Shown here: piece by piece, positions 40,258 to 53,449 of the stretch
Layout: each line of letters begins with the position of its first letter
Numbering within the stretch: position 1 is the stretch's first letter
Source: the human T2T-CHM13v2.0 reference genome, Homo sapiens
Strand: one strand, 5' to 3'
NCBI RefSeq assembly: GCF_009914755.1
Contig: NC_060928.1
Length of the DNA: 64,000 nt
Notes under the pieces: generated by a model
Told to the model about the DNA's origin: nothing
The model's input: only the letters and a program-made list of their open reading frames with translations
The model's database searches: none
Program-made: the position numbers and the translations under genes

Positions 40258-42809
40258 TCTTTTGTCTCTTATGATTGTGTATTTTCAAATAGGCTGTCTT
40301 CAAGTTCACTGATTCTTTCTTCTGCTTGATCAATTCTGCTATTAAGTGACTCTGATGCATTCTTCAGTATGTCAATTGCAATTTTCAACTCTAGAATTTC
40401 TGCTTGATTCTTTCTCATTATTTCAATCTCTTTGTAAAATTAATCTGATAGAATTCTGAATTCCTTATCTCTGTTAATCTTGAATTTCTTTGAGTTTCCT
40501 CAAAATGGCCATTTTGAATTCTCTGTCTGAAAGGTCACACATCCTTATTTCTCCAGTATTGGTCTCTGATGCCTTATTTAGTTCATTTGGTGAGGTCATT
40601 TTCCTGGATCATCTTGATGCTTGTAGATGTTCATCTGTGTCTGGGCATAGAATAGTTAGGTATTTACTATAGACTTTGCAGTCTGGGCTTGTTTGTGCTT
40701 GTCCTTGGGAAGGCTTTTCAGATATTTGAAGCTGCTTGGTTCCCAAGCCCAATATCACTGTGGTCCTTGCAGACTCGTAGAGGTACCATCTTGGTGGTCT
40801 TGGAGAAGATCTAGAAGAAGGCTCTGGATTAATAGGCAGAGATTCTTGTTCATTTCCCTTAGTTTCTCCCAAACAAACAGAGTCTCTTTCTCTGTGCTGA
40901 GCTGCCTGGAACTGGGATTATGATGATGCAAACACCCCTATGGCCACTATAACTGGGACTGCACTGGGTCAGGCCTAAAGACTCAGTCAGCACAGCACTG
41001 AGTCTTGTCCAAGGCCCACTATAACTACTACCTGGCTACCACCTATGTTCACTCAAGGCCCTAGGCCACTACAATCAGCAGGTGGCAAAGCCAGCCAAGT
41101 TTGTGTCCTTCCCTTCAGAGCGGCAAGTTCCTCCAGGCCCCAGGCAGGTCCAGAGATGCTGTCTGGGAGCCAAGGATTAGAGTGAAAAACATTAGAAATT
41201 TGCCTGACATTCTGTTCTACTATGGCTAAGCTAGTACTAAAACCATACTATAAAGTACTTCCTGCTCTTCCTTCCCCTTTCCACAGGGAGAAGAGCCTCT
41301 CCCTCTGAGCACCACCACCAGCAGCCCTTGGCAGGGTTCTGTCAGGCCACCGGCAATTTTCACTTAAGCCCAAGGGTTCTTCTGTCAGCTTGTGGTGAAT
41401 GCTGCCTGGCCTGGGATTCACCCTCTGCACAGTGGGTTCCCCTCTGACCCACAGAAGGTCCGGAAATGCTGTTCAAGAGCCTAGGCCTGGACTCAGAGAC
41501 CCCAAGAGCCTGCTTGTTGCTCTACCCCACTGTGGCCAAGCTGGTACATAAGGTGCAAAACAAAGTCCCCTTTACTTTTCCCTATGCTTTTCTCAAGCAG
41601 GAGTCTTTCACCATAGTCACCACTGCTGGGAATGTGCTGGGTCACACATGTAGTAAGTGCGTCCCAAGTGCCCAAGGCTCACAGCATACTCCCTGGCTAT
41701 CACTGATGGTTATTCAGGGTCCGAGGGCTCTTTAATCAGCAGGTGATAAATCCTTCCAAGACTGGATCTTTCTCTTCAAGACAATGGGTTCCCTTTTGTC
41801 CTAGAGTATGTCAAGAAATATTCTCTCCAGGAGCTAGGGCCTGGAATGGGGGCCTCATGACTGCCTGGTGCCCTCTCCTACTGTAGCTGAGCCGGTATCC
41901 AAGATGCAAGACAACGTCCTCTTTACTCTTTGCTCTCCTCGCCTTAAACAGAAGGAAGGACGCACTTTCATTGCTGTGAGTTGCACTTCCTGGGATTGGG
42001 GGAGGAGTGGCGCAAGCAATCCTTTAGCTGCTCTGGCTAGTGTCTCCCTAGGTCACATGCCACCCTAGTCCACTGGCTCTAATCCCAATCCAGCACTAGG
42101 AGTTGCCTAGGAATTGAAGTCCTTGTGTGCTAGACTGTCTTTCAAGTTTACCAAGGACCTTAGAGCATGTTGGCCCATGGTGGCAAGACTTGACAAGAAA
42201 CTCAAGCTCTAACTGATGACATGCATAACTTCCCCTTGGCTAAGTCTGGTCCAAATGATCCCTCCATGTGTGAGCAAAGCCTGAGCAGAGCATGGATTTG
42301 CTCTCTGCTATGACAGGGTAGTACTGAGTTCAATGTAAAGTCCCCCTGTCACTGTGCTCTCCCTCCCCCACATAAATAGACCCTCCGCACTTCATGGCCA
42401 CTGCCGGGAGATAGGGGAAAGGTGGCATTGGCGATTCAAGACTGTCTCTCCAACCCTCCTCAATGCCATTTTCATTAACTTTTATGAAGATAAAACGAGG
42501 TACTGCGATTGCTTACCTGATTTTTTGTTCTTCTGATGGTGCTTTTCTGTATGCAGATAGTTGTTAAAATTTGGCCTTCCTGCAGGGGGTACAAATGGTA
42601 TAGGGTTCTATTCTGCCATTTTGCTCTGCCCTCATAATTTTTAACTGCAGTCTAAAAATTGCTTTCAAGTATTATTTACATAGATATTAAAATTTCCCTG
42701 ATAGTTACCATATGTTTATTCTTCAGACGAACAGGCAGTGTAATGAAGATAATTGAGAAAGTGAAAATTGGAATGAGAAGGAGGTAGTCAGAATCAGATC
42801 ATACTTTTT

Positions 42810-43700
42810 CACTAGTATTTGTTGAGTACTTGCCATTGGCAAGACACTGAGTATATCGCAGTGGATAAAATGGAACCTAAATTTCATGAACCTTATTGTT
42901 TAATGAAAAAGAGAGATATTACATAAATGTCTTTTCTATGCAAAAAAATACATGCTTACAAACTGTGCTGTGTACTATGAAAAACCAAGGAAAGCTACTA
43001 AGAGAAGTTTTAATGTCGACTTCATTTAGATTGGCACTTGTCAGTAAAGTCTTCTCCAAAGATATGACAGAATAAATTACCTTCAGATTTATCCAGGTGA
43101 AGATTTGGAGTAGAAACATTTCAGGGGAAGAAACCACATATAGGAAGATGCTGAGGTAGAAAAGTGCTTGGTGAGTTTCAGGGAAAGTTTCATGTGACTA
43201 AAATTCAGTGAAGGATGGAGGGTGGCACAAGATAAGGCTAGACAAAGAAGCAAGGATCATATGCAGCGCTTGCGATCATGCTAAGAATTTTGTAATTTAA
43301 GTGGAAAGGGAAATCAGGGAAAGATTTTGAGTAGACAGTCACATAATCATATTTGTATCTTTTAAATATTACTTTGCAGGGAATGTATTGGAAGGAAGCA
43401 AGAGAGGGAATGCGATTCTATGCCAAAAGGCAATGGGATAAGATGGTAGATTCGACTAGGGTGATGATAATGATAGAATTGAAGAAAAGTAGCTAAATTT
43501 AAGATATATACCAGAGATAGTACTGATAGGACATGACAGTGGACTAAATTTAGAAAAGAGGAAAGAGGAGGTGTCAAAACTATCTATCTTTCAACACAGC
43601 AACTTGTTGGTTGATGGTGTCATTTAATGACATGGAGAAACCCTGCAGAAAGAGAATATCTGGTAGGGCTGAGATGTGGAAATCATGAGTTCAACTATTA
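42810..43700 (-). mobile_element. L2
   Basis: TATTTGTTGAGTACTTGCC end, purine-rich body, GATGGTGTCATTTAATGACATGG. Confidence 0.65.
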
Positions 43701-44711
43701 AGACTATTAATTCCACTTGTGATCCAAATACTTCATTTACGTTTTATAGTTACATAGCCAGATTCCTCAGTGTTTTTGAACCATGTCCTCCACTAGAAAA
43801 ATCTTAACATAGATTTCAGAGTTCCTAGATCTAAGATGCTACTTTCAATCAAGGATCAATGAAAAGACTAATTAGAATTAACTTTTAAGGTAGACTTTTT
43901 GCCACAGATTAAAAAATAATATGTGCTTAATCTCAAATCGAACAATCCAGAGGAGAGTAATCAGCCAAAAATTTAGCATGATGGCTAAAGCTTTTAAAAC
44001 CTGATAGTCTGCCTTCCGGATCACACTACCTGCAATCTTAACCCAAACTTTTCTATACAATAACGTTTCAGGTGTTCTCTCTGGTGATGAATGCAAATTT
44101 GGGAGCAAATTTATGTTGCCTTCTTCTAAAATGAATTTAAAAGCAGCCCCCTACTAACTGAATGACTCACAAGCTGGAACTACTCGGCAGTGGCTGAGCA
44201 TATTTGGAGGAATCAGAAGAGAAGCAGGCTTAGGAAGGGGTAGTGGGGTAGAAGTCAGAGTTCACCACAGGAGTCTCATGAGAAAGAATCCCAAAATCTA
44301 CAGTGAAAGTAGAAAATACAGTCTGTCTCTTTTAGTGGAAAATAAGTGGCCCAGTAGTTTCATAATTTCCACATTATACTTGAGTGGTAGGATCATAGCA
44401 TCTAAAAACAATAGAGGCAGGGTAGTAATGACAACAATAATTTTAAAAATCCATTAAATGCATATCATGTTTCCAGAACTATACTATCTTCCAAAATTAC
44501 ATCTGAACCCCTTTGAGGTAATGCCCTTATGACTAGCATTTTAGAGAACAGGAAACAAGGCTTAGAGCTCATAGGTCATTTGCCAAAAGCCATGCAGTTG
44601 GTGAATGAGAGCATGAACAGCCAGATACGTCTGATTCCAGAAGCGATGTTTTCTGCTACTATGCCACACTGCACCAGCACACAAATAAAAGATGAAACTA
44701 AAAAACCCATT

Positions 44712-44850
44712 TAGTCAGGTGTGCTGGTGTGCATTTGTAGTCCTAACTACTGCAGGAGGATTGCTTGAGCCCAGGAGGTCGAGGATGCAGTAAGCTATGA
44801 TCACCACCACTGTACACCAGCCTGGGAAACAGTGAGATCCCGTCTCAATA
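44712..44850 (+). mobile_element. Free Alu monomer (FRAM/FAM-like)
   Basis: GGAGGATTGCTTGAGCCCAGGAGGTCGAGGATGCAGTAAGCTATGATC...GAGATCCCGTCTC. Confidence 0.8.
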
Positions 44851-45158
44851 AATTAACTAATTAATTAAAAATTGCAGTAGTTTTTAGTGTTAAAGCTAGG
44901 AAAAAAAAGTAAAAACTGTATATACATTGGTTGCCAAATATTTTTAAATCCAAAATAAGGGAAATGTCTCTGCTATGCTGGGCCATCCTTTCATGCCATG
45001 TGGGTTCTGAAGACACAGCTGACTACTCGCCGTTATTGAAAACTACCTTGAGCTTTTGAACAGCATAATTTCTTACAAATTTGCAGATGCTTGAATTTTA
45101 TAACATAGCTCTTGTCATTGTGTATTTCTTCCCACACTCTTCAAAAAGTTGTTAACCT

Positions 45159-45290
45159 CCTCAGCACCACATAACATTTCCATGTAACAAACCTGCACAT
45201 GCACCCCTGTATCTAAAAGTTGAAATTTAAAATAAAAGAATACTATTTAACAACCACCAGAAATAATAAAGTTACTTCAGCACATTTTTT
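45159..45290 (+). mobile_element. Tiny L1PA16/L1PB 3' tip plus ~50 nt extra sequence, bracketed by a 14-bp TSD
   Basis: CCTCAGCACCAC...CATGTAACAAACCTGCACATGCACCCC. AAAGTTGTTAACCT at 45145-45158 and 45291-45304. Confidence 0.8.
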
Positions 45291-47023
45291 AAAGTTGTTA
45301 ACCTATAATTCATTTTTTAATGTTTGTGATATGAATTCATTTTTCTTCATCTGGTCTTTATCACCATACCCCTAGCCTTCAATCACTTTAGTTGAGCACA
45401 AATTATGTGTTGATAAGGGATGTCTAGTGGGAAAAAATTAGTTTAGTTTGAGTTTTTAAAAACCAGTACGAAAAAAGCAATGAGATATTTCAATTCAATT
45501 TTTAGTGGAGTTCTAAATATGATGGTTATGTAGTTATGGTAATTTCTGCAAATGATGCAAATAAAATGAAGAATATGAAACTTTACCTCTCACCCTTCAG
45601 AAACACAGGAATGGTCCACTCAACCTCCAATACCACCCATCCTCTTTCTCACAGTAGCAAGATAGTGGCTCCCGTTTTTGGCATCCTCAACTACAGCTGA
45701 CGGAACTGAGTTTTGAACAATAAACAGAGTTTACGAGATAAGAAAAGGGCATTCCAATTGAGGAAGACAGTGTGTACAGTATACAGCAATGACATGAAGG
45801 AAATCATCAGAAATTGGGGCGATGAGTGCTGATAGAAGATGAGGCTATATAGGTAGGTTGGGACCAAATTTTGAGGGCCTTTTATGCTGTATCAAGGAAT
45901 TTGAACAAGTATTTAGGTAATGGCAAACCACTGGCAAGCTGTTTTCTTTCTGCATTCAGGCACTTCATATACTTTCTTCCCCTCCTGTTCTTATTTAGGT
46001 TTAAAAACAAAGCTAACCATACCTCTAACTTTTTCCATATCAGTTGGCTGCATATTTCTGCAATTTAAACCATTTAGCAGCCTGATACTATGATTCTGTG
46101 TATGTGAAACTGTTATTTGGCATGAAGACAGTCATTAATTTAAAAGAACCTATTTGAGTGGAATTTTTGAAGATTTTTTCCAAGCAATTGAAAAATATAA
46201 ACAGAAAAATAAAAAATAACTTTGGAGAAAAAAATACCTGTCAACTACTGAAGCCATGGGTGTTCTATTTCTAAAAGACACGTTTCATTTTGTATTACTG
46301 TGTAATTTTCCTCTATGCCTTTTTTTTTTTAACTGGAGTCATTTTATGTACAAGAGCTTGACTTCAAATCAACTAAGTTCCCAGAATATTTGGCTGTTTC
46401 AGTACCTTCAACTTTCACTATAAGGGCTTCTACTTCAAAAAAAATTACTCTGTTGAATTTTACCACATTATCCAATCAAAAGTGTGTGCTTCTCCTAAGG
46501 CAGGGAACGTTGTTACTGCTGGCCCACATGCTGAAAGGACAACAGAAATGTGGAAAACTTGGTAGAAACTGTAGAGCAGACAAAATAAAATCTTAACAGC
46601 AGCCTAATGAACTTGGAAGGTGTTCTGTTCCTCTAATAAACATTGGTTTTATTTTGCGGGAAGTGCTTAGTTTTGTTTGTAATAAGTGTCTAACATTTAA
46701 CTTGTTGACGTATGGGCAATAGGAAAACAGGTGGCTACGACAAGGATGTGCAAAATAGAGGCTCTTTCAAATTATTCATTAAAATCACTAGATCTGTCTC
46801 ACCACCCCTCAAACACAGATGCATCAACATAAGGACTGGTGAAATGGCTAACAGGCTTCATGACGTCTAGAGGTGTTAATACTTATATCACTTTAATTTT
46901 ACCACACAATTAAGTAATGATGCATTTAAATATATATATTTACAGTACATTTGAAAATCTTACTGTAAAAATAGGATCAAGATAAATCTTTACACGCTCC
47001 AATTAACATTTGCTTGGTCTTAG

Positions 47024-47230
<207 letters not shown>

Positions 47231-48599
47231 TAGGGTACAACTAATTCTGCAAGATTTCATTCCTCACTTGAAGAAAGAAAAACACAAATGTTAGCAGCAT
47301 AAATGTAGGAAAAGCTCCATGCTGCAGGAAGCATATTTGTCATATCTAAGCAGAAAATGTTTTAATTAAAATCACTTCTTTTCAATTCTTCAAATATAAC
47401 TGAAAAAGGTTTTGTTACTGACATTACCACTGGTAAGCAGGCACTGATGTTAAAATACTAAAAAAAAATTACATTTAACTTGCAGATAATTTTTAGTAGA
47501 CATCACTTCTTCAAAATGTTATTCAGTATGAAAAACTAACACCAACTCTGTCTATATTAACCATGCTGCTCTTTGACAAGCCAGTCAAACTGTGTTCTTC
47601 TATTTACCATGCCAGGCTAAAAAAGAACTCAACCATTTGCAGCCAGAAGCCACATGTGAAGCCCTGCATAATCATTAACATATAATAATATAGAGTAAAA
47701 ATGACAGGTGATGCTAATTAAATCATTTGCATACACCATCTAATTCTATCCTGGGCTTCTCTGTTTTGTTTTTTACAATTTCAGCAAATGTATATTGTCA
47801 AAATATGCTACTACCTCCCAAAGTAAGCAATTAAATCCTAATTTATTCCCAAATCAGAAAATCCTAAGAAAGTCCTGGTAAAGCTAGGAATGGGCCTCCT
47901 AATTTAGAATCACACACTGGGAAGAAACACCACAGAAGAACACTATGTGATGAGCCACCGTAACACTCTGTTGAACTGATATGTCTGAAGAGATGTTTAC
48001 CCTTTAGAATTAGGTTATAACTGACTTCTTTTCAGAGAGTTTTTCAATGTCTGCAAAAATTACAGAGTGGATAGACATATAGCTTAGATCATCTCCCATC
48101 TTGACTTTTCCCTCAATAAAAACTGTTGTAAATGCTAGACGGGGACATAATGGCCACATTTTATCCCAATCTGCCCTTCCTCTGTACTGAAAATGAACCT
48201 ACTGTGGCTCAAGCTGCCAGAATTCTGACCAGAGGGAGTTTAGAAGACCTGGGATATATTTTTTCATTTCTCCTGAAAACACATTTTTATCTGTATTATA
48301 AATGCATGAATCATGCAGGTAATCAAGGCTCTAACAGATTTCCTGTTTTGATGGAACTGTCCCTGTGGATCTGCTTTTGCAGCAATCTGTGGAAACCTAT
48401 ATTTGGCTTGTGGGCTCTTGGATGAGAGTTTCCAAGTGGGAAATGTTCAGCAGACAGTTGATTACACAATAAGCGAGAGAAAATAAGACTAGGAGCCATC
48501 CAAATAGAGAAGCAAGTAGAGACCACAGGAGCCAATATGCCCTCCTAGGGAGAGAATGCATCTAGAAATAGGGAACTGAGGAGTGAACTTTAGATCACA

Positions 48600-49330
48600 C
48601 TCTTATTTTGCTGTATGAGAGCAACTTTTTTCTGATGATCCATTCCCAAATCCAACTCAAAAGGTCTCATTATCTTCCCTTCGAACCGGCTATTGATTGT
48701 GCCATTATCCTTAATTCAGTTCTGTAATTCAAACATCATTCTATCCCCCTACCACCACTTCCAATCAGTGTCTATATTTCATCAATAATTCCTTTATATC
48801 TTTTTTATTTCCTTTCCCACTGCCACCATCTTAATTTACTTCCTTGACTTTCATGTGTGAACCTGGTGCTGCTTCCTACTTTATCTATTTACAGGTTCCA
48901 TCCACCACCTCACTGCAGTCTATCCCATAGACAGTGCCAACCTTTTAATCTTTCTAAAATGCTGCCTTTATCCTGGCCTTCCTAACCTTGATTAGTTCCA
49001 GTTGCTTCCATATCCCCTAATGTGCCCTTCAGGTACCTGAAAACCATCTGGACTGTCTACCTTTCTATTTCCTATTTCCCTATGGCTGAAGCACACTCAC
49101 TCCAACCAAACCCCATAATAGTATTGCTGTTACCATGCCTGTGTCATTCTTTCCACCTTGAGAGACTTTCTGGCCACTATCTACCTATTTCTATTCCCTT
49201 TATTCTTCAATATCAAATCCCATATCTTAAATAATTGAAAACAAAGCACCTTAGTATATAGCAACTCAATACCTAACTCATACCTACAGGGATCTTATTC
49301 TCCTCTGAATTCCTACAACACATCATTTTG
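48600..49330 (+). mobile_element. Degraded L2
   Basis: Pyrimidine-rich L2-like motifs (CCCACTGCCACCATCTTA, TAATCTTTCTAAAAT). Confidence 0.5.
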
Positions 49331-49515
49331 TATTTTCATCAGGAACATAAACACCAATTACACTTTAAGCTGTTTGAGCCCTAACCAAAGTCTCTGGACC
49401 CCTAGTTTTATTGCATTTTCAACTGAGTCATTTTCCTTCAGCCAAGACCTGATGGAAACCAGCACTCTCTACTCTAATCTCTGGTTGTTGAATATGACTC
49501 TCTGGAAAGAACCAG

Positions 49516-49894
49516 TATATTAGTCCATTCTCACATTGCTATGAGTAAATACCCAAGACTGGGTAATTTATAAAGGAAAGAGGTTTAATGGACTCATAGT
49601 TCAGCATGGCTGGGGAGACCTCAAGAAACTTACAATCATGGCAGAAGGCAAAGGGGAAGCAAAGCACCTTCTTCACAAAGCAACAGGAAGGAGAAGTGCA
49701 GAGCAAACCGGGAAGAGCCCCTTATAAAATCATCAGGTCTTGTGAGAACTCACTCGCTATCACAAGAACAGCATGTGGGAAACTGTCCCCATGATTCAGT
49801 TACCTCCACCTGGTCTCTCCCTTGACATATGAGTATTATGGGGATTACAATTTAAAATGAGATTTGAGTGAGGACACAAACCCTAACCATATCA
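49516..49894 (-). mobile_element. MaLR solo LTR (THE1D/MSTA-like)
   Basis: ATTAGTCCATTCTCACATTGCTAT...AAGACTGGGTAATTTATAAAGGAAAGAGG...AACCATATCA; 4/5 TSD ACCAG/GCCAG. Confidence 0.9.
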
Positions 49895-51410
49895 GCCAGA
49901 GACCTCTAAAAAATTAGACTACACATCCTATCTACTTACTGTTTTTAATGGAAATGCCCATTGGTAGAGACTCATTAATCCTGCTGTAAACCCTCTAAGT
50001 GGTCTTTATTGGTATCTCCCCAGAAGTATTTGTTGGCAGTTGCTCCTGAATGAGCCTTAGGTACAGGATATTGACTTCAGTCCACATTGGCCAAGATTCT
50101 TGTTGATCATGGCTTTCATAATAAACTCCTAGCTATTTTCAGCAGCAATAGGGTTCTCAGGGGTTCATCGGCATCTCAAAGTTTGACTTTGATACTGTTA
50201 CATTCCCAGAACCAATTCTAGGGGGCAGTCCACAGCAGAATGCCTAAAAATGTTTCTCATCCTTTCCGTAGCATAAGAAAGCTGTTTCAAGGAACATGCT
50301 CATCATTCGGTGCCACTGCATTTATGGAGCAAGGCAGTGGAATATGACCCTTATCACACTCCTGATCATCTCCTTAGCCTCCTGTAGTGGTCCACTGACT
50401 CCCGCTAGGGCTCTCTATGGGGTTCATACCCTCAGCAGGAGTAGTGCTCCTGCAGTTGCAGGGTAAAGCCTGCCACTTCCTCTTCACTGCATTGAAATTC
50501 AAATAATTTGAGAAATAGACAAAATTCAAATATCTTTTTGCTTCTCTCTTCGTTTTGCACAGAATCAGCTAGGCAATCAAGTCCCAAAGATGGCTCTGTA
50601 TATATCCTATAATTTTCCAAGCAAAATATTCAAACTGAACCCTAGAAGTGATTCAGTCATAGTCATACACTTTTAAAATGTTAAATGCCATTTAACACGT
50701 GAGCATTTTATTATGTAGCTTTTGGGTCTTTCCCATTACCCCAATATAGCTTAAATCCTTCAAGAGTAGAAAACATATATCTTTCTGTTCTCTCACATGG
50801 GCTGGCATGGAACTAGGATATGGATCTAGTATTCTAGCATAAAACTAACTCCATGCAACCTATTAACATACAGTCCATAGCTAGTTCCACTAGCACTTAA
50901 CTAAATCTATTCTGTGGGCTAGCATAGAGTTTAGAATAAATATTTGTTAAATAAATGAATAAATACTATATAAAGTATTTATTCCAAATGCTTTCCAAAT
51001 TCAAAATTTCATTTTTAATTTCCAAATATTACATTTATAATAGTTGTTAGGAAATATATTTAATTCCATTAGAATGCATTTGCATTTAGTTGTTTTTTGT
51101 TATTATTTTTGTGTATAGATAGGATCATGAGGATGCATAATGCTTTTAAACATAGACATCATCAGAGCTAATATTTTATACTTAAACAGAAGTTTTTTAA
51201 CTATTTTATTAAGATAAAATAGCTTCTAAGGATATAACTTCTACCAACTTACCAAAATAAATAGGATATATAGAGTTTTTATTTATGCAGATATACTGAT
51301 TGAGCTGTCTGTCCAAGGACTAGATTATACAATAGGTTGTATTATATAACCAGTATTATATAATACTATCCAAGGGCTAGACGAAAATTTATTTTAATAC
51401 ACATTCAAAC

Positions 51411-51449
51411 TAAAATAAAAAATAAAAATAAAATAAAATAAAATAAAAA
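51411..51449. repeat. (TAAAA)n repeat
   Basis: Seen directly. Confidence 0.85.
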
Positions 51450-52525
51450 CACTAGTATATTTCTACAGGGTTGCAAAACATGGGAAGTCCTGGACAGGTA
51501 ATATTTTGAAAGCATTTACTGAACCAAATGTGCTTTAAGACTCAAGACATAAAACATGAAGATTGATTTACTTAGGACAATAAGCAGAAGACCTGTCCCT
51601 ATATGATTTTGTAACATTTGTAGCTCTCTGAAGTATACTCATTAATGTTCTGCTACTTCAAATGTATAGTGACAAACACAGGTCACCATGAAGTCATTGT
51701 AAAATATTCTGCTTAAGGCTTTATTATCTTGCACAACTTTAATTCACACCTTCTTTTATAATTGCAAAAGGCTATAAAAATTTGAAAAACCTTATCACGA
51801 GTGTATATAATTGAAGCAGATAATATATATATACAAAGGATGAAGAGAAGACCTCTTACTAAATGACCTTTTATCATTTTGTTGTTACACTTTCTAAAAG
51901 TAACAAACCAAGTGAATAATCTCTTTCTTACAGTAGGAACTGGCAGGCTTCACACTTAGAATCTGAGGTAATTACTATAGCCTGCAGTAGTCCTTTCAGA
52001 CGAGAACAGATACTGTGATTTGTGTCTCAAATATTCATTCTAATTTAAAATGTCATTCCCTAAGAAGCACATTGAGTTGATAACTGACTTCATTTTCTAA
52101 TGCATGGCAGAATTTGGCAGAAAATATTTTCTTAAAATTATTGCCTATTAAGATTACAGTATAGCACAGACAATCCAATACTTTTTTTAAAGTCTCATTT
52201 TTACTTCTTTTTTTTTAATCTCTTAAGATGCTAGAACCTACTAGGCTTCATAAAAGAAGTACTCACTTTGATATTTAAAACAGACAAGTAGCTAAAATAA
52301 CACAACACCTATTTTAGTTTTAAAATATTTCTTCAACTTTCTTCACTATTCCTTCCATATTAACATCACCTTCCCTTGCCTAGAGTATGATAGATTGTCC
52401 AGGCCCTGGTTAGACCTGAATAATTCACTAGCTTGTGCATCATCTTGTGTGAGCAAAAAGCTAAGTTTCAACAAATTGATTGGAAAAAAAAAAGCTTTTC
52501 CTTACTTTTTTCATTTTTCCTTCAG

Positions 52526-52654
52526 GTTCTCCCAAGACAAACCTGTGGGCTTTTCACTCACACCATTTTCTACAAAGAATATCCAGGGGGTCCTAAAGAG
52601 CTGGATAAGAGTATCCAAGGAGGAGAACTTTTCTTCACTGTCGTCCTCAACCCT
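52526..52654 (+). CDS. NDST3: NDST3 coding exon D (probably exon 6), 129 nt, phase 0 to 0: [43 protein letters not shown]
   Basis: Strong pyrimidine tract ttttttcatttttccttcag| and donor CCT|gtaagt. Conserved NDST motif [13 protein letters not shown], containing the Cys known to matter for deacetylase activity in NDST1. Confidence 0.96.
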
Positions 52655-53123
52655 GTAAGTACTTTATTCTCCAAATAAATAGTGAAAAATGATAGGGCTG
52701 GCAAAAATTACCCTGGCAAAGAGGCTAGGGATTGGGCAGTCATCAGCCAAGCCAATATGAAGTTCTAGCTCTGAAACAGTAGTAAAAACTAAATGGAACC
52801 ACATCTAGAAATGGGAACAAACCAATTCTACAAGTAGCAGTAACATGAGGAACTCATGGCAGAACCAGGGAAGTGCTCCAGCGGATCCTCCTTTGCATTG
52901 CAAAGTGATCAGAAGCTTTCATGGGGAATAAAATTTTTCACCTGTAAAACTCTCCTATTTCCACGGGGAACCATTTTTTTTTCCATTTAGACAACAGTTA
53001 CCTCTATTATTATTTTTATTTTACTATTTAAAGTTAACGTAGAAGCAAAATAGTAGAGGAATTAGGTAAGCAAATCTAGTTATATTTTCTACTTCATGTT
53101 AGATTCGTCTTGCTAGGTCATAG

Positions 53124-53449
<326 letters not shown>

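Larger units (their letters stand above)
35140..42633 (-). mobile_element. Near full-length (~7.5 kb) decayed L1 (L1MA1-3-like), antisense to NDST3
   Basis: ORF2 fragments in the track: endonuclease TIIAGDFNTPLS and FSRIDHMLGHK, RT ENYRP, C-terminal CWWGC. ORF1 relic near 39600-40600; GC-richer 5'UTR near 40900-42633; 8-bp direct repeat ATAATTTT at both ends. Confidence 0.92.

Noticed and set aside
45160-45176. TCAGCACCAC as a REST/NRSF half-site
   Set aside because: It is L1 3'UTR sequence and lacks the GGACAG half.
50080-50200. Faint resemblance of minus-strand translation to a ubiquitin-conjugating enzyme C-terminus
   Set aside because: Needs several frameshifts and has no catalytic motif; not supportable by eye.
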